DNA from: Bugula neritina
Lineage: Eukaryota; Animalia; Bryozoa
NCBI GenBank assembly: GCA_964035545.1
Contig: OZ037771.1
Coordinates: 5,799,190 to 5,863,189 of the forward strand
Length of the DNA: 64,000 nucleotides
Reading direction: 5' to 3'
The notes under the pieces were generated by a model, which searched no databases, was not told the DNA's origin, and worked only from the letters and a program-made list of their open reading frames with translations. Position 1 is the stretch's first letter. Every line of letters starts with the position of its first letter. The translations under genes and the position numbers were made by a program. This document shows positions 63,878 through 64,000 of the stretch, one piece after another.

Positions 63878-64000
63878 CACACTCTGTAATATATTCTGTA
63901 ATATACTATGTAATATACTCTTTAATATACACTATGTAATATACTCTGTCATACACTCTGTAATATATTCTGTAATATACTATGTAATATACACTATGTA
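63878..64000. repeat. TGTAATATACAC/TCT minisatellite
   Basis: Tandem 12-14 bp units running to the window end. Confidence 0.8.

Overview
AT-rich, intron-containing animal genomic DNA, probably a bilaterian invertebrate (inference). By reading splice sites and phases by hand I can reconstruct 8 genes in two strand-coherent blocks that converge at about 37 kb. Plus strand: the last exon of a Lifeguard/TMBIM gene; two tandem, deeply diverged paralogues of an unusual single-pass receptor (signal peptide, CxxC-rich repeats, two LRR blocks, EGF-like modules, TM helix, different tails with no TIR or kinase domain; about 1.5-15.9 kb and 16.5-31.2 kb); and an espin/forked-like 'PxWK' repeat gene. Minus strand: a second, inverted paralogue of the PxWK gene; NCBP2/CBP20 with a U12-type minor intron; NT5DC2/3 with a probable GC-AG intron; and the last two exons of an HR39/NR5B-like nuclear receptor. 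Introns carry several MITE families, a solo LTR nested in a MITE, tRNA-derived SINEs and many tandem repeats, some built from splice-site sequence. Best candidates for new biology: the orphan Cys-rich/LRR/EGF receptor pair, the inverted mini-espin pair, and 3' splice acceptors sitting just before start codons (possible SL trans-splicing). Exon coordinates are hand-derived and may be off by a few bases; no database searches were run.
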